Assembly (NCBI GenBank): GCA_003211555.1
Contig: QCSH01000004.1
Span: 25,086-89,085 of the forward strand
Length of the DNA stretch: 64,000 nucleotides
From: Pelagibacteraceae bacterium AG-470-G21
Lineage (GTDB): Bacteria > Pseudomonadota > Alphaproteobacteria > Pelagibacterales > Pelagibacteraceae
Direction: 5' to 3'
The position numbers were made by a program, and so were the translations under genes. The notes under the pieces are model-generated. The model was not told the DNA's origin, made no database searches, and was given only the letters and a program-made list of their open reading frames with translations. Below, in pieces: positions 8,517 to 19,782 of the stretch (its first letter is position 1; each line of letters begins with the position of its first letter).

Positions 8517-10231
8517 ATATCAGCGTATGTTTTAACCTCGTTTTTACCACCTGGATGTGTAGGTGCACCTAAATAAGCTGGACCTACTGTTTGAGCATAC
8601 TTCCAAAGAGTTCCGTTTCCAAAGTTCATTTTTCTTTGCTTCCATTTCTTTTTTCTCAAACTAAGTTCTTTTTTACTTAATCTAACGTTAATAGTTCCCT
8701 TTTTTGCATCTATATCAATTATATCTCCGTTCTTTAAAAGGGCTATTGGACCGCCTATGGAGGCCTCAGGACCCACATGACCGATACAGAAGCCTCTGGT
8801 AGCCCCAGAGAACCTACCGTCTGTTATAAGGGCTACTTTCTCCCCTTTTCCTTGTCCATAAATTGCAGCTGTTGTCTGCAACATTTCTCTCATTCCTGGA
8901 CCACCCTTTGGGCCTTCATATCTAATTATAATTATATCGCCGTCTTTGTATTTTCTTTCTTTTACAGCTTTGTAAGCTTTTTCCTCAGAGTCAAAACATC
9001 TTGCTCTTCCAGTAAATTGTAATTTTTTCAAACCTGCAATTTTAACAATTCCACCCTCTGGAGCTAAATTACCTTTTAATCCTACAACTCCACCAGTTTT
9101 GGTAATTGGATTTTTATAACTTCTCATCACTTTTTGTTTTGGATTAAATTTTACATTTTTTAAATTCTCTTTCATTGTCTTACCTGTAACAGTCATACAA
9201 TCACCATGAATGTATCCACCATCGTAAAGAGTTTTTAATAACATTGGAACACCGCCTGCTTCCCACATATCTTTGGCAACATATTTTCCACCAGGTTTTA
9301 AATCGGCAAGATAAGGAGTTCTTTTAAAAATTTTTGCAACATCCATTAAATCAAATTTAATTCCAATTTCATTTGCAATAGCTGGTAAGTGTAAACCTGC
9401 ATTTGTAGATCCTCCTGTTGCAGCTACAATGGTTGCAGCATTTTCTAATGCTTTTCTGGTAACAATATCTCTTGGTCTAATATTTTTTGCTAAAAGCTCC
9501 ATTACAGCTTTGCCACTATTAATTGCATACTTGTGTCTTTGTTTGTAAGGAGCAGGAGTTCCTGCAGAGTATGGTAAAGCTAAACCAATAGCTTCAGATA
9601 CACATGCCATTGTATTTGCTGTGAATTGTCCCCCACAAGCACCTGCACTTGGACAAGCTTTTAGTTCTAATTTTCTTAATGCATGTGCTGTCATTTTTTT
9701 TGATGTATATTTTCCAACACCTTCAAAAACATCAACAACAGTTACATCTTTACCCTCAAATCTACCAGGAAGTATTGAGCCGCCATAAATAAATACACTT
9801 GGAATATTTAATCTTACCATAGACATCATTAGACCTGGTAAAGATTTATCACATCCTGCCAAACCAACTAAAGCATCATAACAATGCCCTCTAACTGTTA
9901 ATTCTGTTGAGTCTGCAATAACATCTCTTGATATTAATGAAGACTTCATACCTTCATGACCCATGGCAATACCGTCAGTTACAGTTATTGTACAAAATTC
10001 TCTTGGAGTACCACCAGATGCATTAACACCTTGTTTTACAAATTGTGCTTGTTTCATTAAATTAATATTGCAAGGTGCAGCTTCGTTCCATGTTGAAACA
10101 ACACCCACAAATGGTTTTGCAACGTCTTTTTCAGTTAAATCCATTGCATAATAAAATGATCTTTGGGGAGCTCTATCAGCACCTAAAGTTGTATATCTAC
10201 TTGGTAGTTTTCTTTTATTAAATTTCCGCAT
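8513..10231 (-). CDS. ilvD: Dihydroxy-acid dehydratase
   Basis: [45 protein letters not shown]. Confidence 0.97.
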   Translation of the reverse strand: MRKFNKRKLPSRYTTLGADRAPQRSFYYAMDLTEKDVAKPFVGVVSTWNEAAPCNINLMKQAQFVKQGVNASGGTPREFCTITVTDGIAMGHEGMKSSLISRDVIADSTELTVRGHCYDALVGLAGCDKSLPGLMMSMVRLNIPSVFIYGGSILPGRFEGKDVTVVDVFEGVGKYTSKKMTAHALRKLELKACPSAGACGGQFTANTMACVSEAIGLALPYSAGTPAPYKQRHKYAINSGKAVMELLAKNIRPRDIVTRKALENAATIVAATGGSTNAGLHLPAIANEIGIKFDLMDVAKIFKRTPYLADLKPGGKYVAKDMWEAGGVPMLLKTLYDGGYIHGDCMTVTGKTMKENLKNVKFNPKQKVMRSYKNPITKTGGVVGLKGNLAPEGGIVKIAGLKKLQFTGRARCFDSEEKAYKAVKERKYKDGDIIIIRYEGPKGGPGMREMLQTTAAIYGQGKGEKVALITDGRFSGATRGFCIGHVGPEASIGGPIALLKNGDIIDIDAKKGTINVRLSKKELSLRKKKWKQRKMNFGNGTLWKYAQTVGPAYLGAPTHPGGKNEVKTYADI

Positions 10232-12859
10232 TATAAACTTTCTAAAGTATAATTTAATTTATTAACATCTTTTTCTAAATTAATAAAGTTAGACTTTTCT
10301 TGTTCAACTATGTCATTTGGTGCTCTTTCAATAAAACTTTTATTATTTAATTTTGTGTTAATTCTTTCCATTTCTTTCTCTATTTTGCTCTTCTTATTTA
10401 AAAGCGTTGTTTTAATTTTTGATAATTCAATATCTTCATCAAAATAAATTTTGAAAATTTCACCTTTTATAATCAAATTAGCTGAGGGTTTTTTAATATC
10501 TTCATTTAAGAATTCATTTATTCGACCAATTTTTTTTAGTGTATTTAAATTTCTTTCAATAAATTCTTTAGTGTTAGGATTAATTTTATCGATCAAAATA
10601 TTAACAAATGAGCCTGGGCTAATTTCTATCTCATTTTTGAATGATCTAATTGCTGATACGAATTCAATTATCTCATTAACTTCATCATAATCTTTATCTT
10701 TAGTTGCAGTAGCATCTGACCAATTTTTTAACATAAGGAAATCTTCACCATCTTTGTCTAACTTATTTTTCAACCAAATTTCTTCTGTTAAAAAAGGAAT
10801 GAATGGATGTAAAATTACTAAAATTTGAGCAAAAACATAACTAGCAACATTCCTTGTTTCTTCAATATTTTGGTTATTTTCTGAATAAAAAATTGTTTTA
10901 GATAATTCTAAATACCAATCACAGAATGAATGCCACACAAATTGATAAGCAATTCTTGCTGCTTCATCAAATCGATAACTATCAATGGATTTTTTTATTT
11001 TTTCATTAGTATTTATAAATTCAATAAATATCCATTTATTAATATTTAGCTTTAAATCATTAGGCTTTTTTTATATTTTCAAATTTACAATCATTTTGAA
11101 TTAATAGATTGTTTGCATTCCATATTTTATTTAAAAAGTTTCTATAACCTTTAACTCTATCTTCTGATAACTTTACATCTCTTCCGGGTGATGCCATCGA
11201 TAAAAGTGTAAATCTTAATGCATCAGCACTATATTTTTCTATTAATTCTAATGGGTCTATTACATTACCCTTAGACTTAGACATTTTTTGTCCTTTTTCG
11301 TCTCTAACTAAAGCATGAACATAAATATTTTTAAAAGGTTCTTTGTTCTGAAATTCCATTCCAAACATCATCATTCTTGCAACCCAAAAAAATATAATAT
11401 CAAAACCTGTAACTAATACGGATGTTGGATAAAATTTATCTAAAAAATCATTTTTTTCTGGCCATCCTAATGTTGCAAAAGGCCATAAACCTGATGAAAA
11501 CCATGTATCAAGAACATCTGGATCTCTAATTAATTCAACATCTTTTTTGTAATGCTCTTTAGCTTTTTTTTTTGCACCCTCTTCTGTTTCATCAACAAAT
11601 ATTTCTCGATCAGGACCATACCACGCTGGTATTTGATGTCCCCACCAAAGTTGTCTTGAAATACACCAAGGTTCTATATTATCCATCCATTGAAAATAAG
11701 TTTTTGTCCAATTAGCTGGAAAAAAATTAGTTGTTTTATTATTAACTATGTCTTTTGCTTTTATAGAAAGTTTCTTAGCATCTGCAAACCATTGCTCTGT
11801 TAAATATGGTTCAATTATTGAATTTGATCTATCACCATAAGGTACTTTATTTTTAATTTTTTCTTCTTTTACAAGTAAATTTTTATCTGAAAGTTCTTTT
11901 AAAATTCTTTTTCTTGCTTCAAACCTATCTAGTCCAATATAATTTTTTGGAGCATTTTCATTAATTTTTCCATCAGGAGTAAAAATGTTTATTATCTCTA
12001 AATTATTTCTCTCACCAACTTCATAATCATTAAAATCATGAGCTGGTGTTATTTTCACAGCACCAGTTCCTTGTTCAGGATCGGCATATTCATCCTCAAT
12101 AATTTTTATTTTTCTATTAACTATAGGAATTATTACATTCTTCTTTACTAATGATTTATATCTCTCGTCTGAAGGATTAACAGCGATAGCTGTATCACCT
12201 AACATTGTCTCAGGTCTTGTTGTTGCAATAGTTATAAACTTATCTGTTCCTTCAATAGGATAATTTATGTGGTAAAGTTTTGAATTAACTTCTCTTTGGT
12301 CTACTTCTAAGTCTGAAATTGCAGTTTTTAAAACGGTATCCCAATTTACTAATTTTTTTGATTTGTAAATTAATCCCTTTTTATACATTTCAACAAAAAC
12401 TTTTAAAACTGATTTAGATAAGTTTTCATCCATCGTGAAGGCATTTCTTGACCAATCACAAGAGCATCCTAATTTTTTTAGCTGATTAATTATTATGTCT
12501 CCATATTGACCTTTCCACTCCCAAACTTTTTCGATAAATTTTTCCCTACCTAAGTCATTTTTATCTATTCCTTCTGCTTTTAGTTTTTTCTCAACTAATG
12601 CTTGAGTGGCAATTCCCGCATGATCTGTTCCGGGTTGCCAAAGTGTTTCAAAATTATTCATTCGATGATATCGAGTTAGTAGATCTTGAATGGAATTATT
12701 TAACGCATGTCCCATATGCAAACTACCAGTTACATTTGGAGGGGGGATAACTATAGAAAATTGTTTCTTATTAGATTTTGGCTTAAACAGATTTTTTTCT
12801 TCCCAATAAGAATAAATCTTATTTTCAACATTTTCGTGAATATATTTGTCTGAGCTCAT
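10231..12859 (-). CDS. valS: Valine--tRNA ligase (one extra base in the homopolymer at 11066-11072)
   Basis: [18 protein letters not shown]. The frame continues as [12 protein letters not shown]...[24 protein letters not shown] if one A is removed. Confidence 0.95.
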
Positions 12860-12974
12860 GAGAGACCATTTTATAAATTAATCATTTCAATAAACAACAA
12901 TGAAATTAGCAGTTAAATTTATAGACTAAATTATAAAATTAATTATATATGAAATCATTAAATATATAATTCTG

Positions 12975-13048
12975 GGCAACGTGGCGGAATGGTTACGCAG
13001 AGGATTGCAAATCCTTGTATCCCGGTTCGATTCCGGGCGTTGCCTCCA
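12975..13048 (+). tRNA. tRNA-Cys(GCA)
   Basis: GGCAACG/CGTTGCC acceptor stem, GAGGA-TTGCAAA-TCCTT anticodon arm, GGTTCGATTCC T-loop, encoded CCA. Confidence 0.97.
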
Positions 13049-13101
13049 AATTTTTATTTTGTTGAGTTAATAAAAAAAAAAAGTAAGTTGTGAATTTACA
13101 T

Positions 13102-13177
13102 TCCTCGGTAGCTCAGTTGGTAGAGCAGTTGACTGTTAATCAATTGGTCGCAGGTTCGAGTCCTGCCCGAGGAGCCA
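13102..13177 (+). tRNA. tRNA-Asn(GTT)
   Basis: TCCTCGG/CCGAGGA acceptor stem, GTTGA-CTGTTAA-TCAAT anticodon arm, GGTTCGAGTCC, CCA. Confidence 0.97.
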
Positions 13178-13189
13178 ACTAAAAAAAGC

Positions 13190-13562
13190 TTATCCGGTTT
13201 TTGAAATATTTGCCTGATTAATTTGTATATTTTTACTAAATTTAATTTTTTTGATCTTGAGTAAGCTCTGAGTAAACTTTAGCTAAAAAGTTATAATTAA
13301 CGTTCATATGCCCCTCTTTAGATTTTTCTAAATTTATTAAGTATTCTGAAAAATCTTCAAAAAAATAGTTAATTGGAACTTTAAGATAATTAGATAATTG
13401 CAATAATCTAATAGAACTTACTCCATTAGTTCCTTTTTCATATTTTTGTATTTGTTGAAAAGTAACATTTATTGCTTTTGCCACTTTAGTTTGTGTTAAA
13501 CCTAATGCTAAACGTCTAAGTTTTAGCTTATTACCAAGATGTTTATTGAAATTTTCTTCCAT
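13190..13562 (-). CDS. XRE/Cro-family HTH regulator (alphaproteobacterial TFQQIQKYE type); probable +1 homopolymer error near the 3' end
   Basis: LRRLALGLTQ...VTFQQIQKYEKG. As given it stops at 13242; removing one base from the T7 run at 13246-13252 extends it to TAA at 13190-13192. Confidence 0.8.
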
Positions 13563-13705
13563 CAAAGACCCCTCTTTAATTAAAATATTAATAAGAGTTA
13601 ATAGAAATCAAAAAGTTATTTCAAGTAAAATAATTTTTAAAAAATTGTAATTTTTAGTATTTTATAATCCTGTCAAGCTACTTTTTAACAATTTAGATAT
13701 ATATT

Positions 13706-14440
13706 TTATAAAATTTGGCTCAAAAAAAGCTTTGTTCTGTCACTTTTTGGATTAGCAAAAAATTCTTTAGTTTCTGCTTGTTCAACAATCATGCCCTCAT
13801 CCATAAAAATAACTTCATCTGCAACCTCTTTAGCAAATCCCATTTCATGTGTTACAACAATCATCGTCATTCCAGCTTTAGCTAAATTAACCATTGCATC
13901 TAAAACTTCTTTAATCATTTCAGGATCTAATGCTGATGTTGGTTCATCAAAAAGCATTATTTTTGGCTCCATACATAACGCTCTTGCTATTGCACATCTT
14001 TGTTGTTGACCACCTGAAAGTTGGCCAGGATATTTATATGCTTGATCTGCAATTTGAACTTTTTCAAGATGTTTATGAGCCAATTCCTCAGCATCCTTTT
14101 TTGGCATTTTTTTAACCCATATAGGGGCTAGAGTGCAATTGTCTAAAATTGACAAATGCGGAAATAAATTAAATTGCTGAAAAACCATTCCAACTTCAGC
14201 TCTAATTTGTTCTATATTTTTTGTTTCTTCAGTCAATTCGGTTCCATCAACTATAATTGATCCTTCCTGATGTTCCTCAAGCCTGTTAATACATCTGATT
14301 AATGTAGATTTACCTGAACCTGATGGTCCACAAACAACAATTTTTTTATTCTTTTCAACATTCAGATTAATATTTTTTAATACTTGAAAATCTCCAAACC
14401 ATTTATTCATTTCTTTTATTTGAATTATTTTATCTGACAT
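13706..14440 (-). CDS. aapP: General L-amino acid ABC transporter ATP-binding protein
   Basis: [28 protein letters not shown]. Confidence 0.92.
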   Translation of the reverse strand: MSDKIIQIKEMNKWFGDFQVLKNINLNVEKNKKIVVCGPSGSGKSTLIRCINRLEEHQEGSIIVDGTELTEETKNIEQIRAEVGMVFQQFNLFPHLSILDNCTLAPIWVKKMPKKDAEELAHKHLEKVQIADQAYKYPGQLSGGQQQRCAIARALCMEPKIMLFDEPTSALDPEMIKEVLDAMVNLAKAGMTMIVVTHEMGFAKEVADEVIFMDEGMIVEQAETKEFFANPKSDRTKLFLSQIL

Positions 14441-15882
14441 TATCTTTCAGTTTTGTATTTTTGCTCTAAATTATAACTATATTTACTCATTGCATAGCAA
14501 ATAATAAAAAATACTATTGAAGCAAATACATAGCCCTCCATTGCAAAGCCTAACCAATCAGGGTTGGTCTTTGCAAGCCCCAACATCCCAGCTAATTCTA
14601 ATAAACCAACAACAAAAATTAATGGAGTATCTTTCACTAGTGCTAAAAATGTATTGGCAATTCCTGGGATTACTAATTTAAGAGCCTGAGGTAAAATTAC
14701 AAAAATATGCATTTTCCAATAACCCATACCTAATGATTTTGCAGCATCATATTGACCTCTAGGTAAGGCTTGTAGTCCTCCTCTTATTACTTCTGCTACA
14801 TAAGCGGCTTCGAACAAAGAAATTGCAATGATAACTCTAACTAGTTTATCAATGAACATATCTTCTGGTAAGAACATTGGAAACATTACAGATGACATAA
14901 ATAAAACTGTTATCAGAGGAACGCCACGCCAAAATTCAATAAAACCAATAGAGATATACTTTATAATAGGTAGATCAGATCTTCTGCCCAAAGATAAAAA
15001 TAATCCAATTGGAAAACAAAATATTAAACAGAAAAAAGAAACTATAAAAGTTAAAGATAAACCTCCCCATGCGCCTGTTTCTACCCATTCAAGAGCTTCT
15101 AATTTACCTAGTTCAATTAACTCTTCATAAAAAAATACATACTTTAATAAAATATAAATAGTGATTGGAACTATTAAAAAATAATACATTTTAAATTTTG
15201 AAGGAATGAAAAAACCTATTATAATCGAAATTGCAGCAGCAATTATTCCGTAAGAAAAATCAAAAAATATAGGTCCACCAGAAATAAAAAAATAAATAAA
15301 TAATAATGCTATAAATGGATAAATAACTACATAATATAGAGTTAAATATTTTTTTAATTTATCTGGTGCGAAAAAACCAACTGATCCAAGGAAAGCTAAT
15401 GATATAAATGAAATATTTATTCTCCATTGCTCATCATTAGGATACATTCCGTACATAAATCTGTTGAACCAAATTTTTATATAAGTCCAACAAGCGCCGG
15501 TGCCAGAGCAAGCATCCTTACTATCACCAGCAATGTTAGCATCCAATATAAACCAACTTAAAGCAGGTGGTAATACTTTAATTACAACAAAAATAATTAT
15601 TAATGATAAAAAGGCGTTGAAGTGGCTAGTATTAATATTTCTATTTACTAAATCTAAAAATTTAATTCCAGAGTATTCAATTCTTATAAAATGCAATCCA
15701 ATATATCCCAAAACTAATGGCAATAGAAAGCTAATAGTATCAGGTAAAAAAGAAGTTAAGTTAATATTTAAAAAAGAATTTAAAGTTACATCAATTACAC
15801 TAAATAAAAATAGCAATAATCCAGAATATAAATATACATATAAATTATCTTTATCAGGAGTTAAAAAACTAAATTTATTCAT
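14440..15882 (-). CDS. aapM: General L-amino acid ABC transporter permease
   Basis: GACW...[32 protein letters not shown]. Confidence 0.9.
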   Translation of the reverse strand: MNKFSFLTPDKDNLYVYLYSGLLLFLFSVIDVTLNSFLNINLTSFLPDTISFLLPLVLGYIGLHFIRIEYSGIKFLDLVNRNINTSHFNAFLSLIIIFVVIKVLPPALSWFILDANIAGDSKDACSGTGACWTYIKIWFNRFMYGMYPNDEQWRINISFISLAFLGSVGFFAPDKLKKYLTLYYVVIYPFIALLFIYFFISGGPIFFDFSYGIIAAAISIIIGFFIPSKFKMYYFLIVPITIYILLKYVFFYEELIELGKLEALEWVETGAWGGLSLTFIVSFFCLIFCFPIGLFLSLGRRSDLPIIKYISIGFIEFWRGVPLITVLFMSSVMFPMFLPEDMFIDKLVRVIIAISLFEAAYVAEVIRGGLQALPRGQYDAAKSLGMGYWKMHIFVILPQALKLVIPGIANTFLALVKDTPLIFVVGLLELAGMLGLAKTNPDWLGFAMEGYVFASIVFFIICYAMSKYSYNLEQKYKTER

Positions 15883-17033
15883 TATTTCTCCTTGATTGCA
15901 ATTTTCTTGTTATACCAATTCATCAATATTGATATAGATATACTTAGTGATAAATAAGTTAACATTGTAATTGAAACAATTTCAATTGCTCGACCTGTTT
16001 GCATTAATGCTGTGCCAGCAAAAATTAAAACTAAATCTGGATATGCAATAGCTGCTGCTAATGACGAATTTTTGGTTAAGTTTAAATATTGATTAGTTGT
16101 TGGTGGTATTATTATCCTTAATGCTTGTGGCATAACAACTAATTTAAGTATTTGATTTGGGGTTAATCCTATTGAGGCTGCAGCCTCTTTTTGACCTTTA
16201 CTAACACCTTGTACTCCTGCTCTCACGTTTTCGGCTATGAAAGTTGCAGTGTACAGTGATAAAGCTAAAGCTAAAGATATCAATTCAGGTGGTAATTTAA
16301 GACCACCCTCATATGTAAATGATGATTGAGATAGCTGTTTAATTACTGGTATTTCTACATATGCTTCTGCTCCACCTATGAGAAAACTCAATAATGGCAA
16401 AACCGCTAATAGACCAATAGATATTAGTAGAACAGGGGTTTGAATACCTTGATTTTCCTGTTTTTTTTTAGCGTATAATCTGACAAAAAATATTGAAATA
16501 ATTGCTGCAATTATTGAATAAATAAAAATATCTAGATTATTCCAGACAAATGCTGGAACAAAAAAACCTTTTATTGTTAAGAAGAAAACTCCCAACATAG
16601 GCTCTGCTTTCTCAGGTAAAGGCAATGCTCTTAAAGCAGCAAAATACCAAAAAAATATTTGTAATAACAACGGGATATTTCTAAAAAATTCAACATATAC
16701 TGCCGCTGTTCTTTCAATTAAATAATTTTTTGATAATCTAGCTATTCCTACAACAACTCCAATTATAGTTGCAAAAACTATTCCAATCACTGAAACTAAA
16801 ATTGTATTTAAAAGACCAACTAAATATGCTCTAAAATAAGAATGTGAACCATCATATTCTATTAACGAAAATTGAACATCAAATGAAGATTCTTGAGATA
16901 AAAATCCATAACCGAATGTAATGCCTCGGTTATCCATATTAACTTGTGCGTTATATGAAAAAAAACCAAATATTAAAACAACTACAACAATTGTAAGTAA
17001 CTGGGGTAATATTTTTTTAAGATTCACAATCAA
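15882..17033 (-). CDS. aapQ: General L-amino acid ABC transporter permease
   Basis: GLLNTILVS, FRNIPLLLQ, AENVRAG, NLTKNSSLA. Confidence 0.9.
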   Translation of the reverse strand: MIVNLKKILPQLLTIVVVVLIFGFFSYNAQVNMDNRGITFGYGFLSQESSFDVQFSLIEYDGSHSYFRAYLVGLLNTILVSVIGIVFATIIGVVVGIARLSKNYLIERTAAVYVEFFRNIPLLLQIFFWYFAALRALPLPEKAEPMLGVFFLTIKGFFVPAFVWNNLDIFIYSIIAAIISIFFVRLYAKKKQENQGIQTPVLLISIGLLAVLPLLSFLIGGAEAYVEIPVIKQLSQSSFTYEGGLKLPPELISLALALSLYTATFIAENVRAGVQGVSKGQKEAAASIGLTPNQILKLVVMPQALRIIIPPTTNQYLNLTKNSSLAAAIAYPDLVLIFAGTALMQTGRAIEIVSITMLTYLSLSISISILMNWYNKKIAIKEK

Positions 17034-17044
17034 TTATGATTTAT

Positions 17045-17076
17045 AAAAAAAAGGGCTAGAAAAATCTAGCCCTTTT
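17045..17076 (-). terminator. Rho-independent terminator/stabilizing hairpin between aapJ and aapQ
   Basis: 12-bp stem AAAAGGGCTAGA/TCTAGCCCTTTT with a 4-nt loop, ending in T8 on the minus strand. Confidence 0.85.
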
Positions 17077-17096
17077 AAATTGTTTTTTAAAAAGAA

Positions 17097-18137
17097 TTAT
17101 CTTGCAGGTGGTACGTAAAGTATTCCACCTTTTGTCCATAATTGATTTGGACCTCTATCAGGTAGAATTCCAGTATCAGCTATATTTCTTTTATAGCTCT
17201 CACCGTAATTACCAACTTGCTTGATTATTCTTAAACTCCACTCATTATCTAAACCTAGAGCAGCTCCTAATTCACCTTCAGCACCAACTAATCTTTTTAC
17301 TGCTGGATTATCTGAAGTTTTCATCATATCAGCATTTGCTGATGTTACACCATACTCTTCAGCTTCGATCATAGTGTTTAGTGACCATCTTACGATATCT
17401 TCCCAAACAGAATCACCTTGTCTAACAACTGGGCCTAATGGCTCTTTTGAAATAGTTTCAGGTAATACCATGTGGTCATCTGGGTTGCTCAATTTAATTC
17501 TTTGAGCAGCTAATCCAGATTTATCTGTAGTATATGTATCACATCTTCCGGCATCATATGCGGCTACAACTTCGTCAGCTTTTTCAAAAGTGACTGGCTC
17601 ATATTTAATTCCTTTTGAATTAAAGAAATCTCTCATATTAAGCTCTGTTGTAGTTCCAAGGTTAGTACATGCAGATACGCCAGCTTTAAAATCATTAACT
17701 GATGAAATTCCTGAATTTTTTCTAACCATAAAACCTTGACCATCATAGAAGTTTACTCCTACGAAAGTAAGACCGATATCCGCATCTCTTGAAAGAGTCC
17801 AAGTAGTATTTCTAGATAGAATATCTATCTCGTTAGATGTTAATGCAGTGAATCTTTCTTTTGCACTTAGTGGAGTAAATTTAACTTTACTTGCATCACC
17901 TAGTACTGCAGCAGCTACTGCTCTACATACATCAACGTCAACACCAGTCCAGTTTCCTGCAGCGTCTGCATTAGAAAATCCTGGTAGACCTTGTGAAACA
18001 CCACATCTCACAAAACCTTTTTTCTGAGTGTTTTTAAGAGTTTTTGACTTTTTTGCAGCCATAGTTTCTGTAGTAAAAGTAAATAGCACAGCAAACATAG
18101 CAACAATAGAAGTCAATCGTTTTACTAATTTAAACAT
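17097..18137 (-). CDS. aapJ: General L-amino acid ABC transporter substrate-binding protein
   Basis: Signal peptide, CGVSQGLPGFS, RNTTWTLSRD, ISKEPLGP, VGNYGE. Confidence 0.93.
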   Translation of the reverse strand: MFKLVKRLTSIVAMFAVLFTFTTETMAAKKSKTLKNTQKKGFVRCGVSQGLPGFSNADAAGNWTGVDVDVCRAVAAAVLGDASKVKFTPLSAKERFTALTSNEIDILSRNTTWTLSRDADIGLTFVGVNFYDGQGFMVRKNSGISSVNDFKAGVSACTNLGTTTELNMRDFFNSKGIKYEPVTFEKADEVVAAYDAGRCDTYTTDKSGLAAQRIKLSNPDDHMVLPETISKEPLGPVVRQGDSVWEDIVRWSLNTMIEAEEYGVTSANADMMKTSDNPAVKRLVGAEGELGAALGLDNEWSLRIIKQVGNYGESYKRNIADTGILPDRGPNQLWTKGGILYVPPAR

Positions 18138-18268
18138 TATATATTCCTCTTGTTTATTTATTTGTTAACAAATAATTCAAATTAATTTTTGAATTGTCCG
18201 AGTAAAGCAGAAACAAAGAAACGCATCAATAATAAATTAGTCGCAAAATCTAGGCTTTATTTGATTTA

Positions 18269-18345
18269 TGGCGCGCTCTGAAGGATTCGAACCTTCGACC
18301 TACGGTTTAGAAAACCGTTGCTCTATCCAGCTGAGCTAAGAGCGC
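18269..18345 (-). tRNA. tRNA-Arg(TCT)
   Basis: Reverse complement reads GCGCTCT...ACGGT-TTTCTAA-ACCGT...GGTTCGAATCC...AGAGCGC-GCCA. Confidence 0.97.
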
Positions 18346-18369
18346 ATTAATTTTCTTTATAATACTAAA

Positions 18370-19779
18370 TTAATTTTTGAAAAGGAATTTTTTTAATAAA
18401 ACTATTATTGATAATAGTTCAATTCTCCCAATAATCATAAATATAATTAATGAAATTTTGCTAAAAATATTAAAATTATAAAAATTTATGTTGGATAAAT
18501 CGTACATTTGAGAATTGACGGTATTCATTATTGTTAAAATACCTAGTTTAAATGATGACTCAAAATCTAAATTTGAAACTGTTAACAATATTGATATTAA
18601 AAATAAAGAAATTATAAATATTATTATTGCAAAAAAATATTTATTAATATCATTAATATTAACACTAGTTTTATTTAAAGATAATTTGTTTGAATAAATT
18701 TGATTTGGCTTAGAGTGGGATAATAAATTGTTTAAAGAGAATTTTACTAAAGTTAAAACTTTTACAACTCTTAAGCCAGAGCTCGTTGAAAAAAAAGAAC
18801 CACCAAGTATTACGAGTAAAAGAAAAACAAAAACAAGATTTTTAGGAACATCTTCAAATGAAAATCCAATATTTGAAACACTGCTTGAAATAGAAACTAA
18901 TACATTCAAAAAGTTATTATCATAGTTAAAAAATATAAATGATAGCACAATGACAACAAGAATATAAATTAAAATATTAATATCCTCACTTAAAAAATTA
19001 ATATTCTTCTTCTTAAAAAAAATTAAATTAAAAATAAAAAAAAGACTAAAAAATGAAAAAAGCATTGATATAGATAGAACAATTTTACTTATATCTGATC
19101 CAAATGTTATATCAAAACTGTTATTAGGTAAAAATCCCCCTGATGATATTATTGTAAGAGAATAATTATAAGCATCATAAGATCTCAAATTTACCAATTT
19201 TAATAATACAAAAATTAGAACTGTCATCGATAAATATATGACAATGATTTTAAATACTTGTTTAAATATTTCAGAAGAATTTAATGAGATATAATTAGTT
19301 AAAGATCTTTTTAAATTTTCATCGAATAAATCAATTAGTAACAATATTGAGAATAAAAAATATAAGCCACCTATCCATTGTGAGCTAGATCTCCATAAAA
19401 TTAAAGTTTGATCTAATTGATCTAATTCATTAAAAATTGTAAATCCTGTAGAAGTAAAACCAGAAATAGCCTCAAAATAACAATTAATTAAACCTAAATT
19501 ATTAATATTAAGATAGTATGGAATGGATATTGCTGTTGGTAAAATTACATAACCTATCAAAACAATTAAAATTCTATTAAATAAATTAATTTTCTCATAT
19601 TTATATTTTTTAAATATAGTTAAAAAAAACCCAATCATTAGAGTAATTCCAAATGTTAAAATATAATTTCCAACATTATCTAAAAGATTAAAATAATATG
19701 AGTAAATAATATTAAAAAAAGAAAAGAAACTTATAACTAGAAAAAAAATACCAAAGTATTTTAAGCTAAAAATATTCAT
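18370..19779 (-). CDS. trkH: TrkH-family potassium uptake membrane protein (divergent)
   Basis: FEAISGFTSTG, LWRSSSQWIGG, MIIGRIEL; downstream of trkA. Confidence 0.85.
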   Translation of the reverse strand: MNIFSLKYFGIFFLVISFFSFFNIIYSYYFNLLDNVGNYILTFGITLMIGFFLTIFKKYKYEKINLFNRILIVLIGYVILPTAISIPYYLNINNLGLINCYFEAISGFTSTGFTIFNELDQLDQTLILWRSSSQWIGGLYFLFSILLLIDLFDENLKRSLTNYISLNSSEIFKQVFKIIVIYLSMTVLIFVLLKLVNLRSYDAYNYSLTIISSGGFLPNNSFDITFGSDISKIVLSISMLFSFFSLFFIFNLIFFKKKNINFLSEDINILIYILVVIVLSFIFFNYDNNFLNVLVSISSSVSNIGFSFEDVPKNLVFVFLLLVILGGSFFSTSSGLRVVKVLTLVKFSLNNLLSHSKPNQIYSNKLSLNKTSVNINDINKYFFAIIIFIISLFLISILLTVSNLDFESSFKLGILTIMNTVNSQMYDLSNINFYNFNIFSKISLIIFMIIGRIELLSIIVLLKKFLFKN

Positions 19780-19782
19780 TAA

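Noticed and set aside
12975-13565. tRNA pair plus XRE regulator as a prophage/island attachment site
   Set aside because: No integrase, no duplicated tRNA 3' end found, and the regulator is of a conserved chromosomal type.
13576-13601. Multiple TTAA motifs suggesting CtrA boxes
   Set aside because: Spacings are N8/N6, not N7, and TTAA is ubiquitous at this AT content.
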